DNA of 64,000 bases from Spirochaetia bacterium (GCA_965225855.1 CBDDCK010000005.1:1152001-1216000), one strand, 5' to 3'; counted from the stretch's first letter, positions 53,081 to 63,869 are shown. Notes: generated by a model not told the origin, from the letters alone. Translations and numbers: made by a program.

Positions 53081-55228
53081 ATGGACTATAAGCAATTACC
53101 CATTTACCGACACCGAGCTGAAATTATTTCAGCTTTTGAACAAAACCAAGTACTTATTGTCGAAAGCCCCACAGGTTCAGGTAAAACGACCCAACTGCCG
53201 CTGATATTACATGAATCTGGCTATACCCAACGCGGCATCATCGGTATAACCCAGCCTCGGCGCCTTGCAACTCTATCGGTTTGTGATTTCATTTCACAAC
53301 AGCTAGAACAGCCTATCGGAGGCTTTGTCGGCTACAAAATGCGCTTTGAAGATGTTACCGGTACAGAAACCAAAATAAAGGTTATGACCGATGGAACCTT
53401 GCTACAAGAACTCAAGCATGACCCTTTGCTATTGCGCTACTCTGCCTTGATGGTAGACGAAGCTCACGAGCGCAGTTTAACCATTGATTTTATCCTCGGC
53501 CTACTCAAAGAACTATTACCCAAAAGGCCCAATTTCCGCTTGCTTGTTTCCTCTGCGACTATCCGCACCCAAGTTTTTAGCCAATATTTCCAACAAGCTC
53601 CGATTATTTCTATCCAAGCTCAAAGCTTCCCAGTGCAAGTGATCTACTACTCTCCAGATAACAACAAGCTCAACAAAAATACCAATCACAAACAAAAACG
53701 CAAGGCTGGTAAAAATGTAAGCAAAATACAAAATACAAAAAAAGTCTTCAGCTCTGCTGAAGAGCTGGCAGAACAAATTTGCAACCTAATTTTGCAGCTG
53801 GACTTGCCCATTTCTCCTGCCAAGCGACAACAGAAATTACCTTCTAAGGCCATCCAAGAGCTACAAGCCCCAGATACTGGCGGCGATGTGTTAGTGTTTC
53901 TCCCCGGTGAAGCGCATATCAAAGCTTGTTTGCTGGCTTTGCAACCACATACAGAACCATACAGTCTTTCTGTACTACCGCTCTATGCTCGGCTTGGCAA
54001 AGAAGAGCAACAACGCATTTTTGAGTCCACCCCATATTGCTCCCAATTGCAAAGAAACCGCCGCAAAATTATTCTAGCCACCAACATTGCCGAAACTAGC
54101 TTGACGATCGAAGGCGTAACTGTAGTGATCGATACCGGTTTATCCAAACTCAGCCATTTTGACAGCTATAGCCAACATGCAGAACTGCGCGAAAGTGGGA
54201 TTTCTAAAGCGTCTGCCCTCCAACGCAAAGGCCGAGCTGGGCGCGTTGCTGCCGGCCGTTGCTACCGCCTTTATAGCCACACCGACTACCAAGCCATGCA
54301 GCCCTACACCCAAGAAGAAATTCAGCGCACAGACCTCACAGAAGTTATTTTGCGTATGGCGGAACTAGGTATACAAGGTTTTGAAAGCTTTGATTTTCTC
54401 ACCAAGCCAGAACTAAATGATATTCGCAATGCAATTAATAGTTTGGTGCAGTTAGGTGCTTTGGCCAATCGTAAACTTACAGAAATTGGGGAACAAATGT
54501 GCTATTTCCCACTGCTGCCAAAGCATTCCCGCATACTGATCGAAGCAGTGCGCATTAGCCCAGAATGCATACATCCAGCTTGTGTTATTACTGCTTTTCT
54601 TTCAACAAATTCACCTTTCTTATTTCCACATGGTCAAGAACGAGAAGCCCGCAAAGCCCAAAGCCATTTCATGGGTAAATATGGCGACTTTGAATTTTAT
54701 TTAGCAGTTTTCCATCGGTATTCTACTATGCAAAGCTTACATGAAAAACAGCAATTTTGTGAGCACTATTTCTTAGACCAAAAAGCTATGCATGAACTAC
54801 AGCGAATTACCTACCAACTCAAAGATATTATCCGCAATGCACCCCCATTTAAAGATATTGCCATACCAGAACCATCTAATGGTAACTGTAGCCCAAATTA
54901 TATGCAACAATATATGCAAGCTTGTTTAGCTGGTCTGCAAAGTAGTTTGTGCATTCAAGAACAGACCAATGCTAACAGTGGGGGCCAGCGCAGTAAACGC
55001 CGCATATTATACCGCAGCCTCACTACCAACAATATTATTATTCACCCCAGCTCTAGTTTGTTCTGCCAAACACCTAAATATTTGTTAGCAGGTGAAATTA
55101 TACGTACTTCCCAAACTTATGCACGTGCAGTCAGCCTATTACAACCCAAGTGGATTGATAAGTTTAACCCATCTTTACGCAAACAATTAAAACGCCTAGT
55201 TGGCTCAAAAAATAAAAAAGCAGAATAG
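53081..55228 (+). CDS. hrpA: HrpA-like DEAH-box RNA helicase
   Basis: SPTGSGKTTQ, TQPRR, DEAHER, SAT, ATNIAETSLT, QRKGRAGR. Confidence 0.93.
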   Translation: MDYKQLPIYRHRAEIISAFEQNQVLIVESPTGSGKTTQLPLILHESGYTQRGIIGITQPRRLATLSVCDFISQQLEQPIGGFVGYKMRFEDVTGTETKIKVMTDGTLLQELKHDPLLLRYSALMVDEAHERSLTIDFILGLLKELLPKRPNFRLLVSSATIRTQVFSQYFQQAPIISIQAQSFPVQVIYYSPDNNKLNKNTNHKQKRKAGKNVSKIQNTKKVFSSAEELAEQICNLILQLDLPISPAKRQQKLPSKAIQELQAPDTGGDVLVFLPGEAHIKACLLALQPHTEPYSLSVLPLYARLGKEEQQRIFESTPYCSQLQRNRRKIILATNIAETSLTIEGVTVVIDTGLSKLSHFDSYSQHAELRESGISKASALQRKGRAGRVAAGRCYRLYSHTDYQAMQPYTQEEIQRTDLTEVILRMAELGIQGFESFDFLTKPELNDIRNAINSLVQLGALANRKLTEIGEQMCYFPLLPKHSRILIEAVRISPECIHPACVITAFLSTNSPFLFPHGQEREARKAQSHFMGKYGDFEFYLAVFHRYSTMQSLHEKQQFCEHYFLDQKAMHELQRITYQLKDIIRNAPPFKDIAIPEPSNGNCSPNYMQQYMQACLAGLQSSLCIQEQTNANSGGQRSKRRILYRSLTTNNIIIHPSSSLFCQTPKYLLAGEIIRTSQTYARAVSLLQPKWIDKFNPSLRKQLKRLVGSKNKKAE

Positions 55229-55388
55229 CTACCACAACACACAGAATCTATGATTCATTCAGTATTAAAAAGATTGAATATCATTCCAGATTCCATACAA
55301 TCAACACCATAACTATATATTAGTACAATGTTATTATCTAATTCAAGAACTGCTTCTATAATATTTGGGGCTTGATTCGAGCAATCCG

Positions 55389-56246
55389 CTAATGGCTATA
55401 TATCTGATTTTCTTTTAATTCTAAAATACCATCACTGGTACGGAATTTTGTTGCAAAGCTTTGTCGTTCAAAATTTTGGCTATAGGTAGCTACTAAAAAG
55501 TGTAAATGGGCTTCACTGGAATAACCTGTATTACCGGCATAACCCAGTAGCTGGCCTGCTGCAACTTCTTCACCTATTTGTACCACAATACCCTTGTGCA
55601 TAAAATGGGCATATATGCCCGAAGTATTATCATCATGCAGAATATGAATAAAATTATCTCTATTTTCGTATACCTTTAGAGTACCACCTTTAGAATAATT
55701 ATCCTGAATTTGGACAATTATACCAGAACGAGCCGCTGTTATAGGGCTACCTTTAGGCATTTGAAAGTCTAAAGCATATACACCTTTATGCGAGAATTGG
55801 CCATTATAACCTTGGATAATTTTATATCCCGGCCCGCCTGTAGGATATGGCAACTGATAAATATACTTATCATCATGTTTGGCCTCAATAATTCCAACAA
55901 TGGTATTCCATGTATAAAAGAATCCCTTATTTGAATCTTTTATTGAGAATAATCGAACTTTGCCATTTTTACGCTGATTAGCAGAACTACTATAAACCCA
56001 ATTAGTTTGCAAGTTTTCCATAACCCCAGGGATAAATTGTTGTTCTACTAGAACCAGTTCTTTGATACGGACTATAATAGGAAAAGGCTGTTCCGCTTGC
56101 AAATATACATCAATTCGATCACCGGAATCTATATCTACCACGATTGCTTTAAAATGTAATTCTTGGTATGGAATACTGTTACAACCCAACAACAAAAAAT
56201 TAACCAAAACTATAGTAAAAAATTTCATACCGTTCCTATAATCCAT
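55389..56246 (-). CDS. M23 family peptidase lipoprotein
   Basis: Lipobox LLGC, SH..YALDF, YAH, GNTGYSSEAHLHF. Confidence 0.85.
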   Translation of the reverse strand: MDYRNGMKFFTIVLVNFLLLGCNSIPYQELHFKAIVVDIDSGDRIDVYLQAEQPFPIIVRIKELVLVEQQFIPGVMENLQTNWVYSSSANQRKNGKVRLFSIKDSNKGFFYTWNTIVGIIEAKHDDKYIYQLPYPTGGPGYKIIQGYNGQFSHKGVYALDFQMPKGSPITAARSGIIVQIQDNYSKGGTLKVYENRDNFIHILHDDNTSGIYAHFMHKGIVVQIGEEVAAGQLLGYAGNTGYSSEAHLHFLVATYSQNFERQSFATKFRTSDGILELKENQIYSH

Positions 56247-56584
56247 CTAACCATATAATATCTAACTCTATTTTGATAATTATCTATAAAATGAAGGTAA
56301 ATTATTATCTTACCATTGTATATAAAACTATAAAAAAGAATCGATCAAAATAAAATCTGCTCTTATAAATTTTAGATATAATATCCAATTACTCTATTAT
56401 TGTCAATCATTTTTAGATTTATAAATGATTCGATCAAGATTATTATTACAAAGATATTTTAGACATAAAAACCAATCATTAGATATAAAATAAATAAAAG
56501 TTTTATATTTACAAATCAATAACATATTGAATATGGTAATTTTATATCATATTTTTGTAGTTATTCAAATTAATAGCACAGCTA

Positions 56585-57214
56585 CTATTTACTAATGGTA
56601 AATGTAGGTAAAGATAGATGCCAACGGATAGCTATCAAACGAAGGATCAGGGTAGAGCAAACTCCGATAATAAAAGCAGCAGAATGCTGGAAGCCAACAG
56701 CCAATGATCCGGTATAAAATATACCACCAATAATACAAGCAGTAGCATATATTTCATGTCTCATTATCATTGGTATTTCCCGTGCCAAAGTATCTCGTAT
56801 GATGCCACCACCACAGCCGGTAATTACACCCATCATAATAGCAACTAAGCTAGAACTTTGGTATACTAAGGATTTTTCAATACCAATACCCAAAAAAGTC
56901 GCTAAACCAATTGCATCACAAACAGGTAGTATCCACCATGAAAGGCTTTCCAGCTTACGAATAATCAGTATTGCCACAATACAAGTAATTATTATAACCC
57001 AAAGATATGTAACATCCGCTATCCAAAAAACAGGGTTCGCACCTAATATTAAGTCTCGCAGAGTGCCACCACCAATAGCTGTAACCCCACTTAAAACAAT
57101 AACACCAAATGGGTCCATTTTTAAGCGACATGCCAATAACACACCCGAAACAGCAAATATAGCCGTACCAAATAAGTCAACAGCATAGAACAATAACATT
57201 AGTTTTGAATCCAT
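56585..57214 (-). CDS. Trimeric intracellular cation channel family (YadS-like) membrane protein
   Basis: Two repeats of D..G...F..G and TAIGGGTLRD / TGCGGGIIRD. Confidence 0.92.
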   Translation of the reverse strand: MDSKLMLLFYAVDLFGTAIFAVSGVLLACRLKMDPFGVIVLSGVTAIGGGTLRDLILGANPVFWIADVTYLWVIIITCIVAILIIRKLESLSWWILPVCDAIGLATFLGIGIEKSLVYQSSSLVAIMMGVITGCGGGIIRDTLAREIPMIMRHEIYATACIIGGIFYTGSLAVGFQHSAAFIIGVCSTLILRLIAIRWHLSLPTFTISK

Positions 57215-57225
57215 TAAGTATTACC

Positions 57226-58557
57226 TTAAAAATCAATAACCCGCTCTAAATATAATTCCATCACAAGGTAAGACCATGGAGGTATTTCTGGTTGTTTGCC
57301 TTGAATGCCATAAGCCCCTTCTGGAGGTAACAAATATAGACGTTTCTCCCCGGGAGTCATATCCAATAAGGCTACCTTCCAAGCTGGAAACAATTGCCCC
57401 AATGAAACCCGCACACTGCGCTGTTGTTGAATCCGGTCTTCCAACAATAAACTGCGGCCATCATTTTGTGTTGCCCAAACAGCATACTGTATTTCCACCT
57501 GAACCAAACTACTATCGGGTAGCTCATGTTCCAATCTATCATTTGATTGATCATCTAGTTTAGTTACCAATTTGGTTGCCGTAGAACCTGCTTGCAATAC
57601 TTTATATTCCAAACCCCAATCTCGCATTTTTGTTTGTAAAGCAATAGCTATAGCTTGTTGTGATTGATTTAGGGCACTATCTTTATATTCTGTTTTTGGC
57701 TGTTGTAATTTTTGCTGTTGGTAGCGTGGCCATTGCACTTCAATAAAATCACGCCCCAGCTGTTGGTGAATGGCTGCCATTCCTTGGCGTTTATATAATA
57801 CTTCTGTCCGAAGCTGTTGTAGCATATTTAAGCCATCACGGCGCAATCTAGCCAAAAATTCTTGCCCTAGATTGTTATCACTATGCACTTTAATCGAAAG
57901 GATTTGATCATCAGTTTGCAAATTGCGTACTACATGAAAGCCTTTTACTACTTGGCCAAATGCACTAAACTTACCAAACAAATGGGGATTAGCTGCTAAG
58001 CTAATAAAAAAAGAAGGTTGGCTTACAATATTTACCGTATTCATGGCATTCTCAACAGACACAGCCGTAAATGCCAACACCCCTGGTTTGCGAAAGTGTA
58101 ACCACTCGGAAAACTCTGCTGGAAACAAAGGCATAGCAAAGGGATTACCAGCTTGAACATATGCAATATTTTCACTGTTAGAATTTTTGAAACCTTTTGG
58201 AAGTATGAAATTAGCTCCAATATAACTCTCTACTTGATTATGAATAATAGAGTCTCCCGCAAGGTATAAAAATGTCGCCACAGCCAAGGGGGCCAATTGA
58301 AATGCTAAGCGAAGTTCAATAGTTCCTTTGTTAGTATCCAAATAAGCAGTAATGGCTTGCCCACCACTAAGCTGCTGCCAACCTTTAGTTTGAGTTTGGG
58401 CTTGTATAGACAATTCTTGCAGTTGCTGGGAGGCATATTTTTTATAACTATTTGCCTGTTCTGCCTTTTGCGCAATTTTACGAGCTCGTGAACAACTTGA
58501 TGCAATCAGCACTAACAATAAAATCGCCCAAACAAGCTGCACTAGCTTATGTTTCAT
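57226..58557 (-). CDS. Lipoprotein with degenerate cyclophilin + FKBP domains
   Basis: Lipobox ASSC, DTNKGTI..FGQVVKG cyclophilin scaffold lacking FHRV/QGGD, MTPGEKR..PPEGAYG..IPP FKBP. Confidence 0.82.
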   Translation of the reverse strand: MKHKLVQLVWAILLLVLIASSCSRARKIAQKAEQANSYKKYASQQLQELSIQAQTQTKGWQQLSGGQAITAYLDTNKGTIELRLAFQLAPLAVATFLYLAGDSIIHNQVESYIGANFILPKGFKNSNSENIAYVQAGNPFAMPLFPAEFSEWLHFRKPGVLAFTAVSVENAMNTVNIVSQPSFFISLAANPHLFGKFSAFGQVVKGFHVVRNLQTDDQILSIKVHSDNNLGQEFLARLRRDGLNMLQQLRTEVLYKRQGMAAIHQQLGRDFIEVQWPRYQQQKLQQPKTEYKDSALNQSQQAIAIALQTKMRDWGLEYKVLQAGSTATKLVTKLDDQSNDRLEHELPDSSLVQVEIQYAVWATQNDGRSLLLEDRIQQQRSVRVSLGQLFPAWKVALLDMTPGEKRLYLLPPEGAYGIQGKQPEIPPWSYLVMELYLERVIDF

Positions 58558-58608
58558 AAAAACTGATTCCGCTCATTCTTAAATCATTATTTTTTGTAAA
58601 TCAAAAAT

Positions 58609-59691
58609 TTAACGAATAAATTCAAGCATTTCCATTTCAAACAGTAAATAGCTATTGGCTGGAATCACGGGTGGACTGCCCTGTTTGCCATAACCTAAAT
58701 TACTGGGCACCAATATAATTCGTTTTTCACCTTTTTGCATTTGTGGCATCGTGAGATTCCAAGCTTGAATTACTTGACCTACAGCAATTTCAATCGGCTC
58801 TCCTCGATCAAAAGAACTATCCACTTTTTGGACTTTGCCATCGCTGCTTAAAACCCACAAAGTATAGTCCAGCCGATATTTTTGCACATCACCCAATTGC
58901 TCACCCGTTGCCCCATTGCCCGGCGCAACAATGTAATGGTGCAGTCCTTCAGCTCCGCTCTTGGAGTTAGAGCTCTTAAAGCTATCTTCAAAAGAAATAT
59001 CATTCCATTGCTGCTTGGCAAATTGTTCGAGAACTTGTTTGTTTTGCTTACTTCGCTGTTGATCGATAGCAGCCTGTTTGTTCAAAATTTGTGAGCGCAA
59101 TTCTTGAAATTGTTGCCAACTAGGCTGAAATTCTTCTGCCTTAGTTCCCTGCCGAACGATGCTTACTTTGATAATTTTGTCATCTTTGGCAATTGCCTTG
59201 ACAACATCTATTCCCTCAACCACATGGCCAAACACACTGTAATTACCATTTAAAAATGATGCGGGCGCTAAGGTAATAAAAAACTGGCTGCCATTGGTAT
59301 CTGGCCCAGAATTGGCCATAGACAAAATGCCTTCTGTATCATGGTTTAAACTCGAATCAATTTCATTGGGAAATTGATAACCAGGGCCTCCAGTACCATT
59401 ACCCTTTGGGTCTCCCCCTTGGATCACAAAATTCGGCTCGACACGGTGGAAAGTTAAACCATCAAAATAGGGTTTTCCTTTGTCACTACTGGGGGTTTCA
59501 AAACGGCCTTCTGCCAGGCCGACAAAACTCATTACAGTAAGCGGAGTTTTTTCAAATTCAAGCTGCGCTAGTATTGTGCCTTGCTCGGTCTCTATTTTGG
59601 CAAAGAGGCCATCACTAGGCAGCTGTACTTTTGCAGCACATGCGCTAGATATACTCAGTAGTAATAAAAAGACCAATAATTTTATTTTCAT
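58609..59691 (-). CDS. Cyclophilin-FKBP fusion PPIase, lipoprotein
   Basis: Lipobox SSAC, FHRV..QGGDP..GPGY..SMAN..NGSQFFIT, C-terminal FKBP (VIQAW..GEKR..LGYG). Confidence 0.92.
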   Translation of the reverse strand: MKIKLLVFLLLLSISSACAAKVQLPSDGLFAKIETEQGTILAQLEFEKTPLTVMSFVGLAEGRFETPSSDKGKPYFDGLTFHRVEPNFVIQGGDPKGNGTGGPGYQFPNEIDSSLNHDTEGILSMANSGPDTNGSQFFITLAPASFLNGNYSVFGHVVEGIDVVKAIAKDDKIIKVSIVRQGTKAEEFQPSWQQFQELRSQILNKQAAIDQQRSKQNKQVLEQFAKQQWNDISFEDSFKSSNSKSGAEGLHHYIVAPGNGATGEQLGDVQKYRLDYTLWVLSSDGKVQKVDSSFDRGEPIEIAVGQVIQAWNLTMPQMQKGEKRIILVPSNLGYGKQGSPPVIPANSYLLFEMEMLEFIR

Positions 59692-59715
59692 TGAAAAACT
59701 CCGATAATAACTGTT

Positions 59716-60705
59716 TTAATGAAAACTTAGCGTTTCCATCTCAAACAATAAGTAACTGTTTGGTGGGATAATCGGTGGATTGCCCCGTTTGCCATAGCCT
59801 AATGGCCCGGGAACTATTAACACCCGTTGTTCACCACATTGCATTTTTGGCAATGTCAGGCCCCAGCCTCGTACAACTTGTTCGGGCGCAATGCGAAGGG
59901 GTTGGCCCCGATCGCGAGAGCTATCAATTTTGGCAATAGAGCCATCAAGCTGGGAAACCCAAAGAGTATAGTGCATTGAATACTGTTTGGCCCCTGCTTC
60001 TTGGCCCGTTGGCCCTTGCCCTTGACAAATAATTTTATACTGTAAGCCTTCAGGGCTTTGCTCCAATCCGCCTCCCGGCCAAGTTTGTTCGATATAGTCG
60101 AGCAATTGCTGTTGAACTGTAGATTGAGCCGACTGTTTGGCCTTATTTCTTTGAGAAATCATGGCTTGAAATTCTTGCCAGTTGGGCGCAAAGTTATTGG
60201 CATGGTGGCCTTTACGGTGAATTATCACACGTTCCATAACAGCCCCTTTTTCAATTTTTTGAATCAGCTCTAAGTTCCAAACAACCAAGCCAAACACGCT
60301 ATATCCACCATCTAAAAAGGCAGCATCAGAGAGAGTAATAAAAAACTGGCTACCATTGGTGTCTGGCCCAGCGTTGGCCATGGACAAAATTCCAGCTTGG
60401 CTATGCTTTAATTCACTGTGGATTTCATTGGGAAATTGATAACCAGGGCCCCCAGTACCATTACCATTTGGGTCTCCCCCTTGAATCACAAAGCTTGGCT
60501 CTACTCGGTGAAAAGTCAGGCCATCAAAATAGGGTGTGCCCACTTTGTCATTAGGCGCAGAAAAACGGCCTTCTGCCAAGCCAATAAAATTGGCAACCGT
60601 CATAGGCGCACGCTCAAATTCAAGCTTACATAAAATATCACCACCGCTCATTTGCAGTTGAGCATATAGACCATTTTGCTCGGCAAGTATCGTTTCAATA
60701 GACAA
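59716..60705 (-). CDS. Cyclophilin-FKBP fusion PPIase, cytoplasmic
   Basis: Same motifs as 58609-59691 but no signal peptide. TTG start after GAAGGAG. Confidence 0.92.
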   Translation of the reverse strand: MSIETILAEQNGLYAQLQMSGGDILCKLEFERAPMTVANFIGLAEGRFSAPNDKVGTPYFDGLTFHRVEPSFVIQGGDPNGNGTGGPGYQFPNEIHSELKHSQAGILSMANAGPDTNGSQFFITLSDAAFLDGGYSVFGLVVWNLELIQKIEKGAVMERVIIHRKGHHANNFAPNWQEFQAMISQRNKAKQSAQSTVQQQLLDYIEQTWPGGGLEQSPEGLQYKIICQGQGPTGQEAGAKQYSMHYTLWVSQLDGSIAKIDSSRDRGQPLRIAPEQVVRGWGLTLPKMQCGEQRVLIVPGPLGYGKRGNPPIIPPNSYLLFEMETLSFH

Positions 60706-61028
60706 ACTCCCACTCCTTCAAACAACAAAAGAATATTTTTCACAGCACTTTAAAGCCAATTCTATTCATTGTCAATATTGGGCAAGATAAACCAGTCAAG
60801 ATAGACCAGTATCGGTCAATAATAAAAAGCTTAAAATATCTATTCAAAAAAATCTCGCATGGATACCCCCAAGGCTTTGGCTAGTTTATCCAACACCATT
60901 AACGTTGGAATTTTCTTTTTGTGTTCAATGTAAAACAAGTAACTGTGGGCTATTCCAGATTCTATAGAGTGCACCATCTAATACACCCTGTTGTAACTCT
61001 ATAGAGATTATGGGAGTTATATAATAGG

Positions 61029-61145
61029 TGTAAGGGGGCGTGAAGAATGAAATGTGGGGTATTTGGGCAAATTGTTGCGTGATGCCCTGCTTATGGGGCT
61101 TTCAGAGGGTGCTTGACGGGATTTGAAGTGGTTTATAGTTGGCCT
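61029..61145. repeat. Conserved upstream terminus of lipoprotein cassette 3 (starts TGTAAGGGGGCG)
   Basis: Reverse complement of ~6450-6566. Confidence 0.8.
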
Positions 61146-61597
61146 TCCGCTTTTAACTTCGCCTGTTTTCGCCTTGGTTCTTCTATAGATTAAAAAATTT
61201 CTACCCCAACCTTTTTATAAAGTCCAGGGCAAGGAAAAATCAAATATGGGTTGTTGTTCATTTTTGTTTTTCTCTTTGGTTTGGTATGAATCCCTCTGCC
61301 ACCCCCAACCAAAACCCCACCCCCCAAACCTTCACAGCAAAAACCAAACCATGCCCTAATTATGTACTTTTGAAAAGGAACAATTATGGACTAGGTCGGT
61401 CCATAGTTATCGACTTGTTGCGTCTATAACTATGGATTGGTTGCTTTGATGGTTTATAGATTCAACTAATATTCAATGCAAATGAATTGGCATGGATTTT
61501 GAACCACCTTACAACACTAAAACACAAATAAGACACAAAAAAAGTGCCCAAACATAAAAAAAGCACAAAAAAACTTACAAAAAGCCTTATAAAGGCC

Positions 61598-61624
61598 TTG
61601 ACGCAACACCCCCCCTAGCAAAAT
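61598..61624 (+). promoter_or_regulatory. Putative sigma70 promoter TTGACG-N15(C7)-CAAAAT
   Basis: ttgacgcaacaccccccctagcaaaat, ending 64 nt upstream of ATG 61688. Confidence 0.55.
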
Positions 61625-61687
61625 GGGGCACTGTACACTAGCCCGTATGGGTTGGCTAATCTTTATCCATTTTTGGAGGTATTGCTT

Positions 61688-63406
61688 ATGTATAAGCTCA
61701 AACTACTTTTATTGCCTGTAGCATTGCTACTGGCCTTTATGGCCTTGGCCTGCGCCCCACCCGATGACGATGATGCGCCGTCTTCTGGGCCGACTATCAA
61801 TAACGCCATCTACGATGTTGGCAAGGCTCTGTTAACCGTACAAGGTACTGACTTAAGTCCTACAGAAGCGCAAATCCAAACCATCGTAGTAGATGGGGTA
61901 GCCTTAAGTTCCTATACTGCAGATGACCCAGCCACTGGGCCAGATAGTAGCAGTCTTGCAAAAGGTAAGTACCGTATTGCAAACGATGGCACAGCGCTTT
62001 GGCTTAGACTTACCGATGCCGATAAAGCTACTCTGAATGGCAAGCCCAGTATGAATAGCAATGGTCTAAAAAAGGGTAAGCTTAGCGTTGGCACTGGTAC
62101 TTGGGCGGGTTTAGATACAGCCAAAGACTTAACCGTTAGGAATATACCCGATAAGCCATCTAAACAACCTAAAGCCGAAGAGCAGTCGCTTAAGCAAACC
62201 GAAGATAAGCAGTCGCCTAAGCAAGCCGAACAAGCCAAACAAGCTGAACAAACCGAAGAAGTCGAAGATAAGCAGTCTAAGACCGAAACCGAAGATCAGT
62301 CGCTTAAGCAAGCCGAAGCTGCAATTACCCGTGCAACCTACCATGTTGGCACGGCGCTGTTAACTGTACAAGGTTCTAACTTAAGTCCTACCAGTGCGAC
62401 CCAAGCGCAAATCCAAACTATCGTGGTAGATGGCTTAGCCTTAAGTTCCTATATTGCAGATGCCACAGCCACTGGGGCAGATAGTCGCGGTCTTGCAAAA
62501 GGTAAGTACCGTATGAAAAGCGATGGCACAGCGCTTTGGCTTTACCTTACCGATCAACATAAAGCTACTCTGAATGGCAAGACAGGTATGGATAGCAATG
62601 GTCTAAAAGATGGGTTGCTTAGCGTTGGCACTGGTGCTTGGGCGGGTTTAGATACAGCCAAAGCCTTGGCCGTTAGTGGTAACCCCGCAATTACCCGTGC
62701 AAGCTACCATGTTACTACAGGCTGGTTAGTAATTACAGGTACTAATTTACCAGCAGCAGTTGCAGGCTGGGACTTTAGAAAATTGACGCTTGTATCCGGT
62801 GATCGTACTAATAGATTCACATTACCCCGGCACTCACACTCAATTTTAGTTGAAAACAGAGCCAAAGGTTCTGTAGCAAGTGCAACAAGCTTAACGATTA
62901 CTTTAAGAGGTAGTGTAAAAGCCAAAGCCGATGCTATATTGGTTAACGATGGTGTTCGTGATGCTAATGGTGCATACAACCTGGAAGCAGCAGCAGGATT
63001 TGCCGGTGGTAGCGCTGAAGACACAACCAACCCTATTACCGTTAGTGGGTATACCATCATCAGCGCAACCTACGAAGCTGATACAGGCGAGTTAACTATT
63101 TTCGGTAGCGGTTTACCGACAACAATTGCAGAGTGGGACTTTAGCAAATTGACGATTGTATCCGATGATGGTAAGAAGAGATTGACATTACCCCAGCACT
63201 CAACTGTAGGTAAAAACAGAGCCACAGGTACTGTAGCAGCTATAAACGGCTTAAAGATTACTTTAAGGGGTAGTGTAAAAGCCAATGCCGAAGCTATAAT
63301 GCAGAAGCTTTTTGTTGGTGTATACAAACTTGAAGCAGCAGCAGGATTTGTACCTGGTAGTCCAGAAGAAGCTATTCTTACTAGTTATATTAGTAGGAAT
63401 TCTTAG
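61688..63406 (+). CDS. Surface lipoprotein, paralog family member 3
   Basis: GGAGGT RBS, lipobox MALAC, same A-linker-A'-B-B' layout as members 1 and 2. Confidence 0.85.
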   Translation: MYKLKLLLLPVALLLAFMALACAPPDDDDAPSSGPTINNAIYDVGKALLTVQGTDLSPTEAQIQTIVVDGVALSSYTADDPATGPDSSSLAKGKYRIANDGTALWLRLTDADKATLNGKPSMNSNGLKKGKLSVGTGTWAGLDTAKDLTVRNIPDKPSKQPKAEEQSLKQTEDKQSPKQAEQAKQAEQTEEVEDKQSKTETEDQSLKQAEAAITRATYHVGTALLTVQGSNLSPTSATQAQIQTIVVDGLALSSYIADATATGADSRGLAKGKYRMKSDGTALWLYLTDQHKATLNGKTGMDSNGLKDGLLSVGTGAWAGLDTAKALAVSGNPAITRASYHVTTGWLVITGTNLPAAVAGWDFRKLTLVSGDRTNRFTLPRHSHSILVENRAKGSVASATSLTITLRGSVKAKADAILVNDGVRDANGAYNLEAAAGFAGGSAEDTTNPITVSGYTIISATYEADTGELTIFGSGLPTTIAEWDFSKLTIVSDDGKKRLTLPQHSTVGKNRATGTVAAINGLKITLRGSVKANAEAIMQKLFVGVYKLEAAAGFVPGSPEEAILTSYISRNS

Positions 63407-63539
63407 TAAGTAAGGTTTGGTTGTTGCGGTAAGCAATGCTTGGTTGGCCTATTGCAGCCTTGGTAAATTTTTTTATCAAGGTTGCTTTTGCCAATTATAG
63501 CCTTGGTATAAAGTATTGTTCCGCATTGGTGCAATACAT

Positions 63540-63579
63540 CTTTCCGCCTTGGATCAAGGCCTTGATCCAAGGCGGAAAG
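63540..63579. repeat. Perfect 40-bp palindrome derived from the 46-bp repeat family
   Basis: ctttccgccttggatcaagg|ccttgatccaaggcggaaag. Shares ctttccgc..gatcaaggccttgatc with the 32630/35634 arrays. Confidence 0.88.
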
Positions 63580-63767
63580 CTATATCATAGCAAGGCTAGA
63601 AAAATTTATTAAGGCTACAAACTTTTTTAGTAATAGCTTTGAACAAACCCCTTACAATAATTATTACCAGAACGTTGCCATAACCATTAAGAGAATTTCT
63701 TAATGCCTAATAAGAGAGTTTCTTAATACCTAACAAGAATTTTTTGTAACAAGATAAACTTTGGCCA

Positions 63768-63869
63768 ATTACAGGCTTTAGACGGCTAGCAGCGGTGCTG
63801 TAAGGTGGTTATATAATCGCAGTACAGCAGCGCTGCTAGAGTTTAGATAGTTACCCAGACTATCTAAAC
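63768..63869. repeat. Double-hairpin element distal to lipoprotein cassette 3
   Basis: Reverse complement of ~3872-3972 with loop variation. Confidence 0.8.

Noticed and set aside
61029..63656. TGTAAGGGG (61029) / CCCCTTACA (63648-63656) as terminal inverted repeats of cassette 3
   Set aside because: Only 9 bp match, there is no clear target-site duplication, cassette 1 has no counterpart, and homology with cassette 1 continues to 63869.
63688..63737. Two ~24-bp direct repeats (aagaga..tttcttaat.cctaa)
   Set aside because: Only two degenerate AT-rich copies, with no counterpart noticed elsewhere in the window. Too weak to interpret.
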